Below, piece by piece: positions 26,822 through 36,916 of a DNA stretch of 64,000 nucleotides. The notes under the pieces are model-generated. The model worked only from the letters and a program-made list of their open reading frames with translations, did not search any database and was not told the DNA's origin. The stretch comes from an uncultured Planctomycetia bacterium (GTDB taxonomy: Bacteria; Omnitrophota; Gorgyraeia; CAYWPX01): positions 188,132 through 252,131 of the forward strand of contig CAYWPX010000001.1 in NCBI GenBank assembly GCA_964460615.1, in the 5' to 3' direction. The position numbers were made by a program, and so were the translations under genes. Position 1 is the first letter of the stretch. Each line of letters begins with the position of its first letter.

Positions 26822-28222
26822 ATGAAACAAAAGATCATAAATAAAAAAATAAATTTAACCAAAGAGTTCCTGGTTAGGGCAACTAAAGGAAAGGTTCTAA
26901 ATAGCCGAGGGGAATTTTCTGTTACCGGCGTTACTACTGATTCCAGGAATATAGCGAAAGGCGATTTATTTATTGCAATCAAAGGTGATTATTTTGATGG
27001 CCATTCGTTTTTAAGAGAGGCAGAATCCTTCGGCGCAAAGGCATTGCTGGTGGATAGGGAGATTGACCCTGAAAAACTAAAGGGATTTAGTATACCCATT
27101 ATTAAAGTTAAGGATACGGTTAAGGCCTATGGTGACATTGCTCATGCGTATAGGATGGGATTCAGAATACCGTTTGTCGCCATTACCGGTTCCAGCGGTA
27201 AGACCACGACCAAGGAGCTGACCGCCAAAATTTTAAGCTCAGGATTTAATGTATTAAAGAATGACGGGACTGAGAATAATCATATAGGTATACCGAGGAC
27301 CCTCTTAAGGCTTAATAGTTCCCACAGAGCTAGTGTTTTGGAGCTGGGGATGAATCATCTGGGTGAGATCGATTATTTATCAAGAATAGTAAAACCATCT
27401 ATCGGGGTAATAACAAATATAGGCCCTGCACATTTAGAATCGCTCGGCAACCTAAATAATGTCCTCAAGGCCAAATCTGAATTGTTAAAACACATCGATA
27501 AAAACGGAGTGCTAATACTAAATAACGACGATCCTATGCTAAAGCCGGTTATAAAGAAATCTTCATATAAGATCATGACATTCGGAATTAATGAAGTTTG
27601 CGATGTCAGGGCAACGGAAATCGATAATTTTAATGATCATATTGAATTTAAAGTTGGCAAAGAAAAATTCAGGGCGAATATAGCGGGCCGTCATAATGTT
27701 TATAATCTGCTTGCAGCCATTTCTGTCGCAAAGATATTCGGTATAAAGAATAAATATATCAAGGAAAGTATAAGTGATTTTAAAATGCCTTCCAAAAGAT
27801 TAAATATCAAATTATTCAAAAAATTTGTTATAATAGATGATACGTACAACGCAAATCCGGTTTCAGTAGCCAGCGCTATTGATACTATTGCTAATTATAA
27901 TGCTATAGGCCGGAGGGTTTTTGTTTTGGGGGATATGCTGGAACTTGGAAGGATGTCAGATAAGTTGCACAGCGATACAGGTAAAAAGATCGCAGATTCA
28001 AATATCGATATTCTTATTGGTGTTGGCGAAAAGGCAAAAGTTACTGTAGACTCTTCCAAAAGGCATGGTATGGATGTCGCGTTTTCATGCCGGACCAATG
28101 CCGAGGCTTTCGAAATTTTAAAAGATCTGGTAAAGGAAAATGATATAATGCTTTTTAAGGGTTCAAGGCGAATGAAAATAGAGGAGATTATAGATTGTTT
28201 TACCACTTATTATACCCGTTAA
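26822..28222 (+). CDS. murF: UDP-N-acetylmuramoyl-tripeptide--D-alanyl-D-alanine ligase MurF.
   Basis: 466 aa. P-loop ITGSSGKTTTKE, Mur ligase middle and C-terminal domains. Confidence 0.9.
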   Translation: MKQKIINKKINLTKEFLVRATKGKVLNSRGEFSVTGVTTDSRNIAKGDLFIAIKGDYFDGHSFLREAESFGAKALLVDREIDPEKLKGFSIPIIKVKDTVKAYGDIAHAYRMGFRIPFVAITGSSGKTTTKELTAKILSSGFNVLKNDGTENNHIGIPRTLLRLNSSHRASVLELGMNHLGEIDYLSRIVKPSIGVITNIGPAHLESLGNLNNVLKAKSELLKHIDKNGVLILNNDDPMLKPVIKKSSYKIMTFGINEVCDVRATEIDNFNDHIEFKVGKEKFRANIAGRHNVYNLLAAISVAKIFGIKNKYIKESISDFKMPSKRLNIKLFKKFVIIDDTYNANPVSVASAIDTIANYNAIGRRVFVLGDMLELGRMSDKLHSDTGKKIADSNIDILIGVGEKAKVTVDSSKRHGMDVAFSCRTNAEAFEILKDLVKENDIMLFKGSRRMKIEEIIDCFTTYYTR

Positions 28223-29286
28223 AGGAATTTTGGTTTGGGTTCAATGTTTTTAAGTATATTACTTTCAGAGCAGCAGCAGCCGCAATAACCGCATTTTTAC
28301 TTTCCGTAATAATAGGTCCGTATATAATCAGAAAATTGAAAGAATTCAAGATCGGCCAGACTGTGTACAGAGAGGACGCACCGGATCTCTATAAACACCA
28401 TAAGCAAAAAGAGGGAACCCCTACGATGGGAGGAGTAATTATCGTCGGATCGTTAATAATCTCCACGCTTTTATGGGGCAATCTAACCAATATTTATCTT
28501 TTGTTGGCCGTCTTTTCTACGATCCTGCTTGCGGCAGTAGGATTCAAGGATGATTATCTGAAATTAATCTATAAGAACTCCAAGGGCCTGCCTGCAAAGA
28601 AAAAGTTTTTTGGCCAGGTAGTTGTGGGATTGGTCATAGGAATATATGTGGTATTTTTCAACCCGGATATCCCTACAAAGCTGGACATCCCGTTTTTTAA
28701 GGACAAGGCTTTGGAGCTTGGAATTTTTTATGTTTTCTTTGTCATGGTTGTGATCATCGGCTCAAGTAACGCTGTTAACCTGACGGATGGGCTTGATGGT
28801 CTTGCGGTCGGTTGTACTACTATGGTTGCGCTTACATATAGCCTTATGAGTTATCTGGCCGGTAATATAAACTTCAGTAATTATTTAAATATTTTTTATA
28901 TTCCCGGGAGCGGAGAGCTTACGGTTTTTTGCGCTGCACTTGTAGGGAGCAGTTTGGGGTTTTTATGGTTTAATTCTTATCCGGCGACAGTGTTCATGGG
29001 TGATACAGGTTCTTTGGCCATAGGAGGCGCTATCGGGGTAGTAGCAGTGTTTATAAGAAAGGAGCTTCTTTTGTTACTGGTAGGAGGAATTTTTGTGGCA
29101 GAGGCCCTATCTGTAATACTTCAAGTTGCATCGTTCAAGATTAGAAAAAAGAGAATATTCCTCATGGCTCCTTTGCATCATCATTTTCAATTAAAGGGCT
29201 GGCCCGAGTCGAAAATCACTGTAAGATTTCTGATCGTCGCCAGTATATTGGCATTGGCAAGTTTAGCGACTTTAAAACTTAGGTAA
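28195..29286 (+). CDS. mraY: Phospho-N-acetylmuramoyl-pentapeptide transferase MraY.
   Basis: 363 aa, TTG start. MFYHLLYPLKEF N-terminus. Conserved NAVNLTDGLDGLA and the HHH motif (APLHHHFQLKGW). Confidence 0.95.
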   Translation: MFYHLLYPLKEFWFGFNVFKYITFRAAAAAITAFLLSVIIGPYIIRKLKEFKIGQTVYREDAPDLYKHHKQKEGTPTMGGVIIVGSLIISTLLWGNLTNIYLLLAVFSTILLAAVGFKDDYLKLIYKNSKGLPAKKKFFGQVVVGLVIGIYVVFFNPDIPTKLDIPFFKDKALELGIFYVFFVMVVIIGSSNAVNLTDGLDGLAVGCTTMVALTYSLMSYLAGNINFSNYLNIFYIPGSGELTVFCAALVGSSLGFLWFNSYPATVFMGDTGSLAIGGAIGVVAVFIRKELLLLLVGGIFVAEALSVILQVASFKIRKKRIFLMAPLHHHFQLKGWPESKITVRFLIVASILALASLATLKLR

Positions 29287-29290
29287 CAAG

Positions 29291-30670
29291 ATGGATTTTA
29301 AGAATAAAAAAATAAGCATTATAGGTTTGGCAAAGAGCGGGTTATCCAGTGCCAAAATCTTAAAGGATATGGGTGCTAAGGTTTTTGTCAGCGAAAAAGC
29401 CATAAATGCAAATACCGAGAAATTTGCAAATGAGCTTAAGCAGTACTTTATAGATTTTGAATTAGGCAGTCATACAAAAAGCAAACTGGTCCCGTCGGAT
29501 CTATTCATTATAAGCCCCGGAGTAAGCCTCAAATCGGAAGTTGCAAATCTGGCTTTGGATAATAATATACCTATCATAAGCGAAATTGAGTTAGGGTATC
29601 TTATTTCTAAAGGGTCAATCGTTGCTGTTGGCGGCACCAATGGGAAGACCACAGTGACGACCCTTCTTGGGGAGATCTTCAAGAATTCATCTAGTATTAA
29701 AGATAAATCAAATGTGTTCGTTTGCGGGAATATCGGTACCCCGTTCACCGATGTTGCGCCTTTGACCAACAAGGATTCAATTATTGTTTTAGAGGTAAGT
29801 TCTTTCCAGCTGGATACCATAGATAAATTCAAGCCTAAAGTTTCAATAATCCTTAATATTACCCAGGATCATCTGGATAGATATGATTCTATGGATGATT
29901 ACAGGCTTTCTAAGGCAAGGACATTCCTTAATCAGGATAAATCGGATTTTTTGGTCCTGAATCATGACGATGAGCCGACAAGGTCTTTAGATTCATTGGC
30001 TAAATGCAAGGTTTATTACTTCAGCAGATTCAAAAAGGTTGAAGGGGCTTATCTTGTCGGGGATTCTATATATACGAATATCGGCGGAAAAGAGGGATTT
30101 TTTTGCAAGACTTCGATCCTTAAACTTATCGGGAACCATAATATTGAAAATTGCATGGCGGCGATAGTATCCGGTTTAGTCATGAATATCAAAAAAGAAG
30201 ACATTATAAAGGTTCTTGAGTCCTTTACGACGCTTAAGCACAGGATCGAGTATGTTGATACAATTAACGGTGTAAAATTCATCGATGACTCTAAGGCGAC
30301 CAATGTTGACGGAGTAAAGAGAGCGATAGAGGCTTTTAATGAGCCGATAATTTTAATAGCAGGCGGGCTTGATAAGAATAGCGACTTTACAGTGCTGAGG
30401 GATGTTGTTGAAAAAAGGGTTAAGAAACTTGTATTGATAGGTAGCGCTAAAGAAAAAATAAGAGATGCTTTTAAAGGTTTAAAACCGGTTGTTTTGGCTG
30501 ATACAATGGAGGAAGCGGTAAAAAAGGCATTTGACGGCTCTTCAAAGGGCGATGTGGTACTTCTTTCTCCTCTGTGTGCTAGCTTTGATATGTTTAATGA
30601 CTATGGCCACAGGGGGGATGTTTTTAAAGAATCCGTAAAGAAGCTTAAGAAGGAAAATATCTCCATATGA
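29291..30670 (+). CDS. murD: UDP-N-acetylmuramoylalanine--D-glutamate ligase MurD.
   Basis: 459 aa. Rossmann N-terminus (ISIIGLAKSG), P-loop VGGTNGKTT. Confidence 0.9.
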   Translation: MDFKNKKISIIGLAKSGLSSAKILKDMGAKVFVSEKAINANTEKFANELKQYFIDFELGSHTKSKLVPSDLFIISPGVSLKSEVANLALDNNIPIISEIELGYLISKGSIVAVGGTNGKTTVTTLLGEIFKNSSSIKDKSNVFVCGNIGTPFTDVAPLTNKDSIIVLEVSSFQLDTIDKFKPKVSIILNITQDHLDRYDSMDDYRLSKARTFLNQDKSDFLVLNHDDEPTRSLDSLAKCKVYYFSRFKKVEGAYLVGDSIYTNIGGKEGFFCKTSILKLIGNHNIENCMAAIVSGLVMNIKKEDIIKVLESFTTLKHRIEYVDTINGVKFIDDSKATNVDGVKRAIEAFNEPIILIAGGLDKNSDFTVLRDVVEKRVKKLVLIGSAKEKIRDAFKGLKPVVLADTMEEAVKKAFDGSSKGDVVLLSPLCASFDMFNDYGHRGDVFKESVKKLKKENISI

Positions 30671-31761
30671 AGAATATCCGGTCCAATATTATGCTTGCGA
30701 CTGTTGCGCTAATTTCGATCGGGATAGTAATGATATACAGCTCCAGCGCTATTTATGCTCATGATACAATGAAAGACAGCCTTTATTTTCTTAAGAGGCA
30801 TTTACTGTATCTGGGTATAGGCTTAATTGTTTTTTATGCAATGCTTTTTATTGACTATAGGAGATTAAAGGCCCTTGCAAGGCCATTGTTTTTTGTTTCA
30901 CTGATCCTATTAATGGCTGTCCTTCTCGTTGGCAAAGAGGCCGGCGGCGCAAAGAGATGGTTCAAAATATGGATATTCAGTTTTCAGCCATCTGAATTCA
31001 CTAAATTTATTATAATTCTGTATGCAGCAGACCTGCTGGAAAGGAAGAAAGGAAAGCTAAAAAGTTTTTTTAAAGGTTTTTTACCGACTTTGTCAGTCCT
31101 GGGGTTTTCGATAGGTTTGGTTTTTCTTCAGCCTGATCTGGGTACGTCTGTCGCAATAATAACAGTAGTTTTTTTGATGCTATATGTTGCCGGTGCAAAT
31201 TGGAGGCATATTCTTTTGATCGTTGCGCTTTCTTTACCGGTTTTATATTTAGGGATTTTTAACATTGCATACAGAAGAAACAGGATTCTGGCATTTCTTA
31301 ATCCCTGGGCAGATCCCAGGGGAGTCGGTTTTCAGATAATCCAGTCTTTTTTGGCTCTTGGCATCGGAGGCCTTTTTGGGGTTGGTTTGGGTCAGTCTAA
31401 ACAGAAATTATTCTATCTCCCAGAATCCCATACTGATTTTATTTTTTCTATTATAGGTGAGGAGTTAGGCTTTCTTGGGACGAGCGCAGTTATATTTTTA
31501 TATTTTATTATTTTCTGGCAGGGTATAAAGGTAGCTATGAAGGCAAAAGATTTTTTTGCATCTTTGGTAAGTTTTGGTATAATTTCTATGATAGCATTGG
31601 AGGCTTGCGTGCATGTAGCGGTTGCCACCGGATCGATGCCAACAAAGGGGCTTCCGCTTCCTTTGATAAGCTATGGCGGGACATCTTTAGTTATGCATTT
31701 GGCAGGAATAGGGTTTTTACTCAATGTTGCGAAAAAAAATGACTCTGAACAACTGGTCTGA
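30667..31761 (+). CDS. ftsW: Peptidoglycan glycosyltransferase FtsW (SEDS family).
   Basis: 364 aa polytopic protein. SEDS motifs (QPSEFTKFI, DFIFSIIGEELG, PLPLISYGGTS). Position in the dcw cluster is canonical. Confidence 0.9.
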   Translation: MKNIRSNIMLATVALISIGIVMIYSSSAIYAHDTMKDSLYFLKRHLLYLGIGLIVFYAMLFIDYRRLKALARPLFFVSLILLMAVLLVGKEAGGAKRWFKIWIFSFQPSEFTKFIIILYAADLLERKKGKLKSFFKGFLPTLSVLGFSIGLVFLQPDLGTSVAIITVVFLMLYVAGANWRHILLIVALSLPVLYLGIFNIAYRRNRILAFLNPWADPRGVGFQIIQSFLALGIGGLFGVGLGQSKQKLFYLPESHTDFIFSIIGEELGFLGTSAVIFLYFIIFWQGIKVAMKAKDFFASLVSFGIISMIALEACVHVAVATGSMPTKGLPLPLISYGGTSLVMHLAGIGFLLNVAKKNDSEQLV

Positions 31762-31771
31762 TTGGGGATAA

Positions 31772-32911
31772 ATGGATCATATAACAGGTTATACAAAAAA
31801 TAATACCAATAATCTAAAAGTTTTGATAGCTTCCGGAGGTTCAGGAGGGCATATATTTCCTGCGCTAAGCGTAGCTTCAGAGCTGAAGAAAACCAGCCGG
31901 CATATCGAGATTTTAATGATCACCGGTAGAAAAGATATTGAAAGAGAGCTATTGAGAAAGCGCGGATATAAATCTGTCCAGATATCTATGAAGCCCTTTC
32001 CCAGGCGGTTTGATTTTAAGATCCTTAGTTTCATGGTTAATTTTATAAAAAGTTTTTTTGAGGTTTTATCAATAATTCTCAGGTTCAGACCCGCCGTTGT
32101 GGTAGGCTTTGGCGGATATATAACGTGCCCGGTCATTATAGTAGCTTCTATTTTGAGGATCCCGACCCTTATTCATGAGCAGAACCTGAAATTTGGGCTG
32201 GCAAACACTCTCCTAAAGAACTTTGTCAGGATCGTAGCGGTCAGTTTTGAAAAGACATCCGAAAAGCTGGATCATAGAAGGGTCCTTATAAGTGGCAATC
32301 CCGTCAGAGATGATCTTGTAAAAATAAATAAGGAAGAGGCGCTTGATAAATTTAATTTAACAAAGAACAGATTTACGATCCTGGTAATGGGCGGTACGGT
32401 CGGTTCGCATTCAATAAATGAAAATTTCATTGAAGCGCTCAAAAATCTTGAACCTGTCTTGAGGGCAAAAATTCAGATCGTACATATCACCGGCTTAAAA
32501 GACGCTGATTATCTGAGATCTATTTATGGGAATCTCAAAGTTCCTTCTGAGGTTTTTTCGTATCTAGATAATATTTCCTATGCTTATAGCGCTTCGGACC
32601 TTGTTATTTCGAGGGCAGGGGCGGCAAGCATAAATGAAATAATTAATTTTGGCTTACCTTCAATACTGGTGCCTTACCCGCATGCCGGAGCCCATCAAAT
32701 GGATAATGCCATGGAGTATTGTACAAAAGGCGCCTGCCTGGTATTTGAGGAAAACAATGATTTGGCCGAAAGGATTTCTTTTAATCTAAGGGAATTCTTG
32801 CTGAACAGGGATAAGCTTGAAACCATATCGATTAAGGCCAGAAAATTTAATGTTAATAATGCGGCGAAAATTATCAGTGATGAGATTGTATACCTTGGGA
32901 AAAAAGGATAA
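31772..32911 (+). CDS. murG: UDP-GlcNAc--undecaprenyl-PP-MurNAc-pentapeptide GlcNAc transferase MurG.
   Basis: 379 aa. GGSGGHIFPALS N-terminal motif. GT-B C-terminal domain (GGTVGS...SRAGAASI). Confidence 0.9.
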   Translation: MDHITGYTKNNTNNLKVLIASGGSGGHIFPALSVASELKKTSRHIEILMITGRKDIERELLRKRGYKSVQISMKPFPRRFDFKILSFMVNFIKSFFEVLSIILRFRPAVVVGFGGYITCPVIIVASILRIPTLIHEQNLKFGLANTLLKNFVRIVAVSFEKTSEKLDHRRVLISGNPVRDDLVKINKEEALDKFNLTKNRFTILVMGGTVGSHSINENFIEALKNLEPVLRAKIQIVHITGLKDADYLRSIYGNLKVPSEVFSYLDNISYAYSASDLVISRAGAASINEIINFGLPSILVPYPHAGAHQMDNAMEYCTKGACLVFEENNDLAERISFNLREFLLNRDKLETISIKARKFNVNNAAKIISDEIVYLGKKG

Positions 32912-34284
32912 TGGAAGATCTGAATAACAGAAAAATTCATTTTATAGGTATTGGCGGTATAGGCATGAGCGCCCTGGCCCAGATATATCTCAAGAACGGG
33001 ATAATGGTCAGCGGTTCCGACATAAAAGAAAATAATTCAGTTAAGCTTGTAAAATCTCTCGGTGGCGAGTTTTTTTTGGGCCATAAAGGATCTAATATTA
33101 AGGATGATGTCACCGAGATCATCTATTCTACTTCTATAGATGAGGGTAACCCTGAAATAAGTCTCGCTAAAAGACTTGGGCTTAAAATCAAGCATAGGTC
33201 GGATCTGCTTCTTGAGCTTTCAAAGAAAAAAACATCCGTACTTGTCGCAGGGGCACATGGGAAGACCACCACTTCATCAATGATATCCCAGGTATTGATC
33301 GATAATGACATGGATCCTACCTGCTGCATCGGCGGAGAGATGAATAATTTTAAGACCAATGCGATAACAGGGAGCGGAAAATATCTTGTGGCTGAGCTTG
33401 ATGAAAGTGACGGCTCATTTTTAAAATTCGAACCGGATTACGCCGTTCTTACCAATATTGACAAAGAGCATCTCGACTATTATAAGAATTTTTCCAACCT
33501 CATCAGGCTTAATAAGAAATTTATCAATCAGGTCAATAAAAGGGGCGCATTATTTGCGTATGGGGATGATTCTAATATAAAAGATATTATTAAGGGCTAC
33601 AGGAAAAAGCTCAAGACATATGGTTTAGGCAAAGCCAATTTCTGCCATGCGGACGATATTAAGCTCGAAGGCCTGAAAAGCACCTACGTTTGTTTTTATG
33701 GAAATAAAATATTGGGCAAAGTTAATTTAAACGTTCCCGGTATCCACAATGTGATCAATTCATTAGCCGCGGTGCTAGTAGGGATGGAGCTTGGAATAAG
33801 TTTTACAAAAATTTCCAGAGCCTTGGCTAATTTTAACGGAGCCAAGAGGCGTTTCGAAATTAAACATGACAAAAACGGAATAATGGTTGTGGAGGATTAT
33901 GCTCATCACCCAACAGAGATCTCTGCAACTATAAATTCTGGCAGGTTATTAAATTATAACAGGATAATAGGCGTCTTTCAACCGCACAGATTTTCACGTA
34001 CAAAATTCCTAGCCAAAGAATTCGGGAAAAGCCTTTCGTTATTGGATAAGGTTATTCTGACGGATATTTATGCGGCCAGCGAAAAACCGATCAAAAATAT
34101 CAGCATTAATACTATATATGATGAAGTCACAAAATTTGATAAAAGCAAAGACATCGTTATTTTATCAAAAGAACTTATAACCGGCTATCTCCTTAAGACT
34201 TTAAAAAGAGGGGACCTGGTGTTGGTTCTGGGCGCGGGGGATGTTAATTCTGTTGCAGGGGAGCTTGCTGATAAACTTGGTTAA
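32911..34284 (+). CDS. murC: UDP-N-acetylmuramate--L-alanine ligase MurC.
   Basis: 457 aa. IHFIGIGGIGMSALA N-terminus, P-loop AGAHGKTTTSSM. Confidence 0.9.
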   Translation: MEDLNNRKIHFIGIGGIGMSALAQIYLKNGIMVSGSDIKENNSVKLVKSLGGEFFLGHKGSNIKDDVTEIIYSTSIDEGNPEISLAKRLGLKIKHRSDLLLELSKKKTSVLVAGAHGKTTTSSMISQVLIDNDMDPTCCIGGEMNNFKTNAITGSGKYLVAELDESDGSFLKFEPDYAVLTNIDKEHLDYYKNFSNLIRLNKKFINQVNKRGALFAYGDDSNIKDIIKGYRKKLKTYGLGKANFCHADDIKLEGLKSTYVCFYGNKILGKVNLNVPGIHNVINSLAAVLVGMELGISFTKISRALANFNGAKRRFEIKHDKNGIMVVEDYAHHPTEISATINSGRLLNYNRIIGVFQPHRFSRTKFLAKEFGKSLSLLDKVILTDIYAASEKPIKNISINTIYDEVTKFDKSKDIVILSKELITGYLLKTLKRGDLVLVLGAGDVNSVAGELADKLG

Positions 34285-35185
34285 TAAAAGTAAATTTGTG
34301 GATTTGGAAGGCTTGAATTTAAAAATAGACAGCACGGTCCTATTGGATGAGCCGTTATCTAAGTATACTACCTTCAGGATCGGCGGACCGGCAAAGTATT
34401 TTATTATACCTTCTGACAAAGAGGATCTGGAGAAGGTTTTGATCTATTCGAACGAACATGCGATACCGCTTTTTGTATTAGGAGGAGGCAGTAATGTTTT
34501 GGCTAGGGATTCGGGGTTTCCCGGCATTATTGTATCTTTAGGTGGCAATTTTTTTAAGGATATCAGTATTGACAATGATCTTATAAGAGCCGGCGCCGGG
34601 GCCAGACTTTCTAGATTGATCGACCTTAGCATAAAAAGTAATTTATCAGGATTGGAGTTTCTTTCGGGGATACCGGGGACCGTCGGCGGGGCCGTATTCA
34701 TGAATGCCGGTAGTTCTGAAAAGTGGATCGGTGATTTCATTGAAAAGGTTGTGGCGATCGATTTAAGCGGAAAGACCGTAGAATTAAAAAATAATGATTT
34801 ATTATTTGAATATAGGCGTTCAAACTTGCATGAGTATGTTATAATAGATGTATATCTTACTTTGAATGAAGGAGAGCAGTTAAGATCCAAAAAGATCTGC
34901 GAGGAATTCATAAACGAAAAGAGGAGCAATCAGGAATTGAGCCTAGCAAGCGCAGGATGTGTATTCAAAAACCCTTCCGGTTATAGCGCCGGAAAACTGA
35001 TCGATGAAGCAGGTTTAAAGGGGTTTAATGTTAATGACGCAGTTGTATCAACCAAGCATGCTAATTTTATAGTCAATAGATCTAATGCAAATGCTTCCGA
35101 TGTGTTTAGGCTGATTGATGAGATCAAAGTCAGGGTAAAGAGATCTAGCGGATTTGATCTGGAGCTGGAGCTAAAAATATTATGA
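34241..35185 (+). CDS. murB: UDP-N-acetylenolpyruvoylglucosamine reductase MurB.
   Basis: FAD-binding domain (YTTFRIGGPAKYF, VLGGGSNVL). The start is ambiguous: the ATG at 34241 overlaps murC by 44 nt, and the GTG at 34298 is an alternative. Confidence 0.85.
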   Translation: MLILLQGSLLINLVNKSKFVDLEGLNLKIDSTVLLDEPLSKYTTFRIGGPAKYFIIPSDKEDLEKVLIYSNEHAIPLFVLGGGSNVLARDSGFPGIIVSLGGNFFKDISIDNDLIRAGAGARLSRLIDLSIKSNLSGLEFLSGIPGTVGGAVFMNAGSSEKWIGDFIEKVVAIDLSGKTVELKNNDLLFEYRRSNLHEYVIIDVYLTLNEGEQLRSKKICEEFINEKRSNQELSLASAGCVFKNPSGYSAGKLIDEAGLKGFNVNDAVVSTKHANFIVNRSNANASDVFRLIDEIKVRVKRSSGFDLELELKIL

Positions 35186-36114
35186 AAAAAAACTTTCGTA
35201 TAGGCGTCTTAGCGGGAGGCCCGTCCAGTGAAAGAGAGGTTTCGCTAAAATCCGGAGATGCGGTCTTTAAGGCGCTTGATGCGGAAAAGTTCAATGTTGT
35301 TTTCTTGGACATTAAAGGCAATGAAGATATCAAAACTTTAATCAAGGATAACTTTATTGAAGCAGTTTTTATAGCTTTGCATGGAAAGTTCGGCGAAGAT
35401 GGAACAGTGCAGAGATTGCTTGATGAGATCGATGTTCCGTATACCGGCAGCGGACCGGAAGCTTCTAGGTTGGCGCTCGATAAAATTGCCTCAAGGTTAA
35501 TTTTCTTAAGCAACAATATCCCTTCGCCTGAGTTCAGGCTTTTTAACAAAAATTCATCTAAGGCGCTAGATTTGTGTTTTCCTGTTGTGGTAAAGCCTCA
35601 GTTTGAAGGCTCAAGTATCGGGCTTTCTATCGTAGACAATCAGAGCGATCTTGATGCCGCCAAGGACCTTGCCTTCAAATACGGGGATAATGTCCTGATA
35701 GAGAAATATGTTAACGGCAGGGAATTGACCGTTGGGGTATTGAACGATAATGTACTTCCGGTTGTTGAGATAAAACCAAAATCTAAATTTTATGATTATA
35801 ATGCTAAATACTCAAGGACCGACACAGAGTATATTGTTCCGGCGCAATTGTCAGTTGAAGATTTCAGATCTGCTCAGGCAATAGCAAGATCGGCGCATAA
35901 TTCACTTGGTTGCAGGCAATTTTCCAGGGTAGATATGATCCTTGATGATAGGCACAACTTCTATGTACTCGAGGTTAATACCATTCCCGGCTTTACTTCT
36001 AGAAGCCTTTTTCCTAAGGCTGCAAATGCTTTTGGTTTGAGCTTTAATGAGCTTTGCGTGAATTTAATAAATGGTGCTATGAACACAAAGGAAAAGATCA
36101 CAAGTAATGTTTAA
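35182..36114 (+). CDS. ddl: D-alanine--D-alanine ligase.
   Basis: 310 aa with an ATP-grasp fold (IALHGKFGEDGTVQ, PVVVKP...GSSIG, LEVNTIPGFT). Confidence 0.9.
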   Translation: MKKNFRIGVLAGGPSSEREVSLKSGDAVFKALDAEKFNVVFLDIKGNEDIKTLIKDNFIEAVFIALHGKFGEDGTVQRLLDEIDVPYTGSGPEASRLALDKIASRLIFLSNNIPSPEFRLFNKNSSKALDLCFPVVVKPQFEGSSIGLSIVDNQSDLDAAKDLAFKYGDNVLIEKYVNGRELTVGVLNDNVLPVVEIKPKSKFYDYNAKYSRTDTEYIVPAQLSVEDFRSAQAIARSAHNSLGCRQFSRVDMILDDRHNFYVLEVNTIPGFTSRSLFPKAANAFGLSFNELCVNLINGAMNTKEKITSNV

Positions 36115-36916
36115 ATTCAAAACAAAAAAACAGACAAAGAAGGCTTCTAAAAAAAGTAATTTATTTTTTAAAATGATTTTTTCTAAATTCGGGGTTATGT
36201 TTGTTGTTTTACTGGCTTTTTTTATTTTTCTTTATGTTTCGTTATTGAACTACATCACTAATTCGGATTATTTTAAGGTTGATACCGTAGAGATAAAAGG
36301 GCAGAACCTATCAACCTTATATTTGAATAAAGATGTTTTTAGTCTTGGGAAGGGTAAAAATATACTTTTATTGAACCTTAGGGATGTACACAGGGAATTG
36401 ATGAAGCGTTATCCGGAAATAGAGGACCTGAAGGTTATAAGGATGCTTCCTAATAAGCTTATTTTCAGGATCAAGGCCCCCAAACCATTTGCCCAGATCT
36501 CATATAATAATAAATTTTACCCTGTTGACAGGGAGTCATTCCTGCTTTCGAACATATCCCAGGAAGCTTATAAAGGGCTGCCTGTAATAAGGGGTATTAA
36601 TTCCAAGCTGAATGATTTTGTGGGGAGGCAATGTGTCTCACGGCAGATGACGAACTCATTCCTTTTGCTGGATGCAATGAAAAGCACCGGGTTCCTTAAG
36701 GATCACGATCTTTTGATGGTTGATGCGTCAGATTATAAGAATATATCGTTTTATATTGAGGACGGAGTTGAGATAAAGATCGGTGGGGATAATTTTAAGG
36801 AAAGGCTTAATCTTCTTAAGAAGACTTTTAATGACCCAAAACTTGTCAGGTCTGAGATAAAGTATCTCGACCTGAGGTTTGAAGACGTAACAATAGGCCC
36901 AAAGGCTATAAAATGA
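36107..36916 (+). CDS. ftsQ: Cell division protein FtsQ (POTRA domain).
   Basis: 269 aa. Basic N-terminus plus one TM. POTRA-like region (FKVDTVEIKG). Position between ddl and ftsA is canonical. Confidence 0.7.
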   Translation: MFKFKTKKQTKKASKKSNLFFKMIFSKFGVMFVVLLAFFIFLYVSLLNYITNSDYFKVDTVEIKGQNLSTLYLNKDVFSLGKGKNILLLNLRDVHRELMKRYPEIEDLKVIRMLPNKLIFRIKAPKPFAQISYNNKFYPVDRESFLLSNISQEAYKGLPVIRGINSKLNDFVGRQCVSRQMTNSFLLLDAMKSTGFLKDHDLLMVDASDYKNISFYIEDGVEIKIGGDNFKERLNLLKKTFNDPKLVRSEIKYLDLRFEDVTIGPKAIK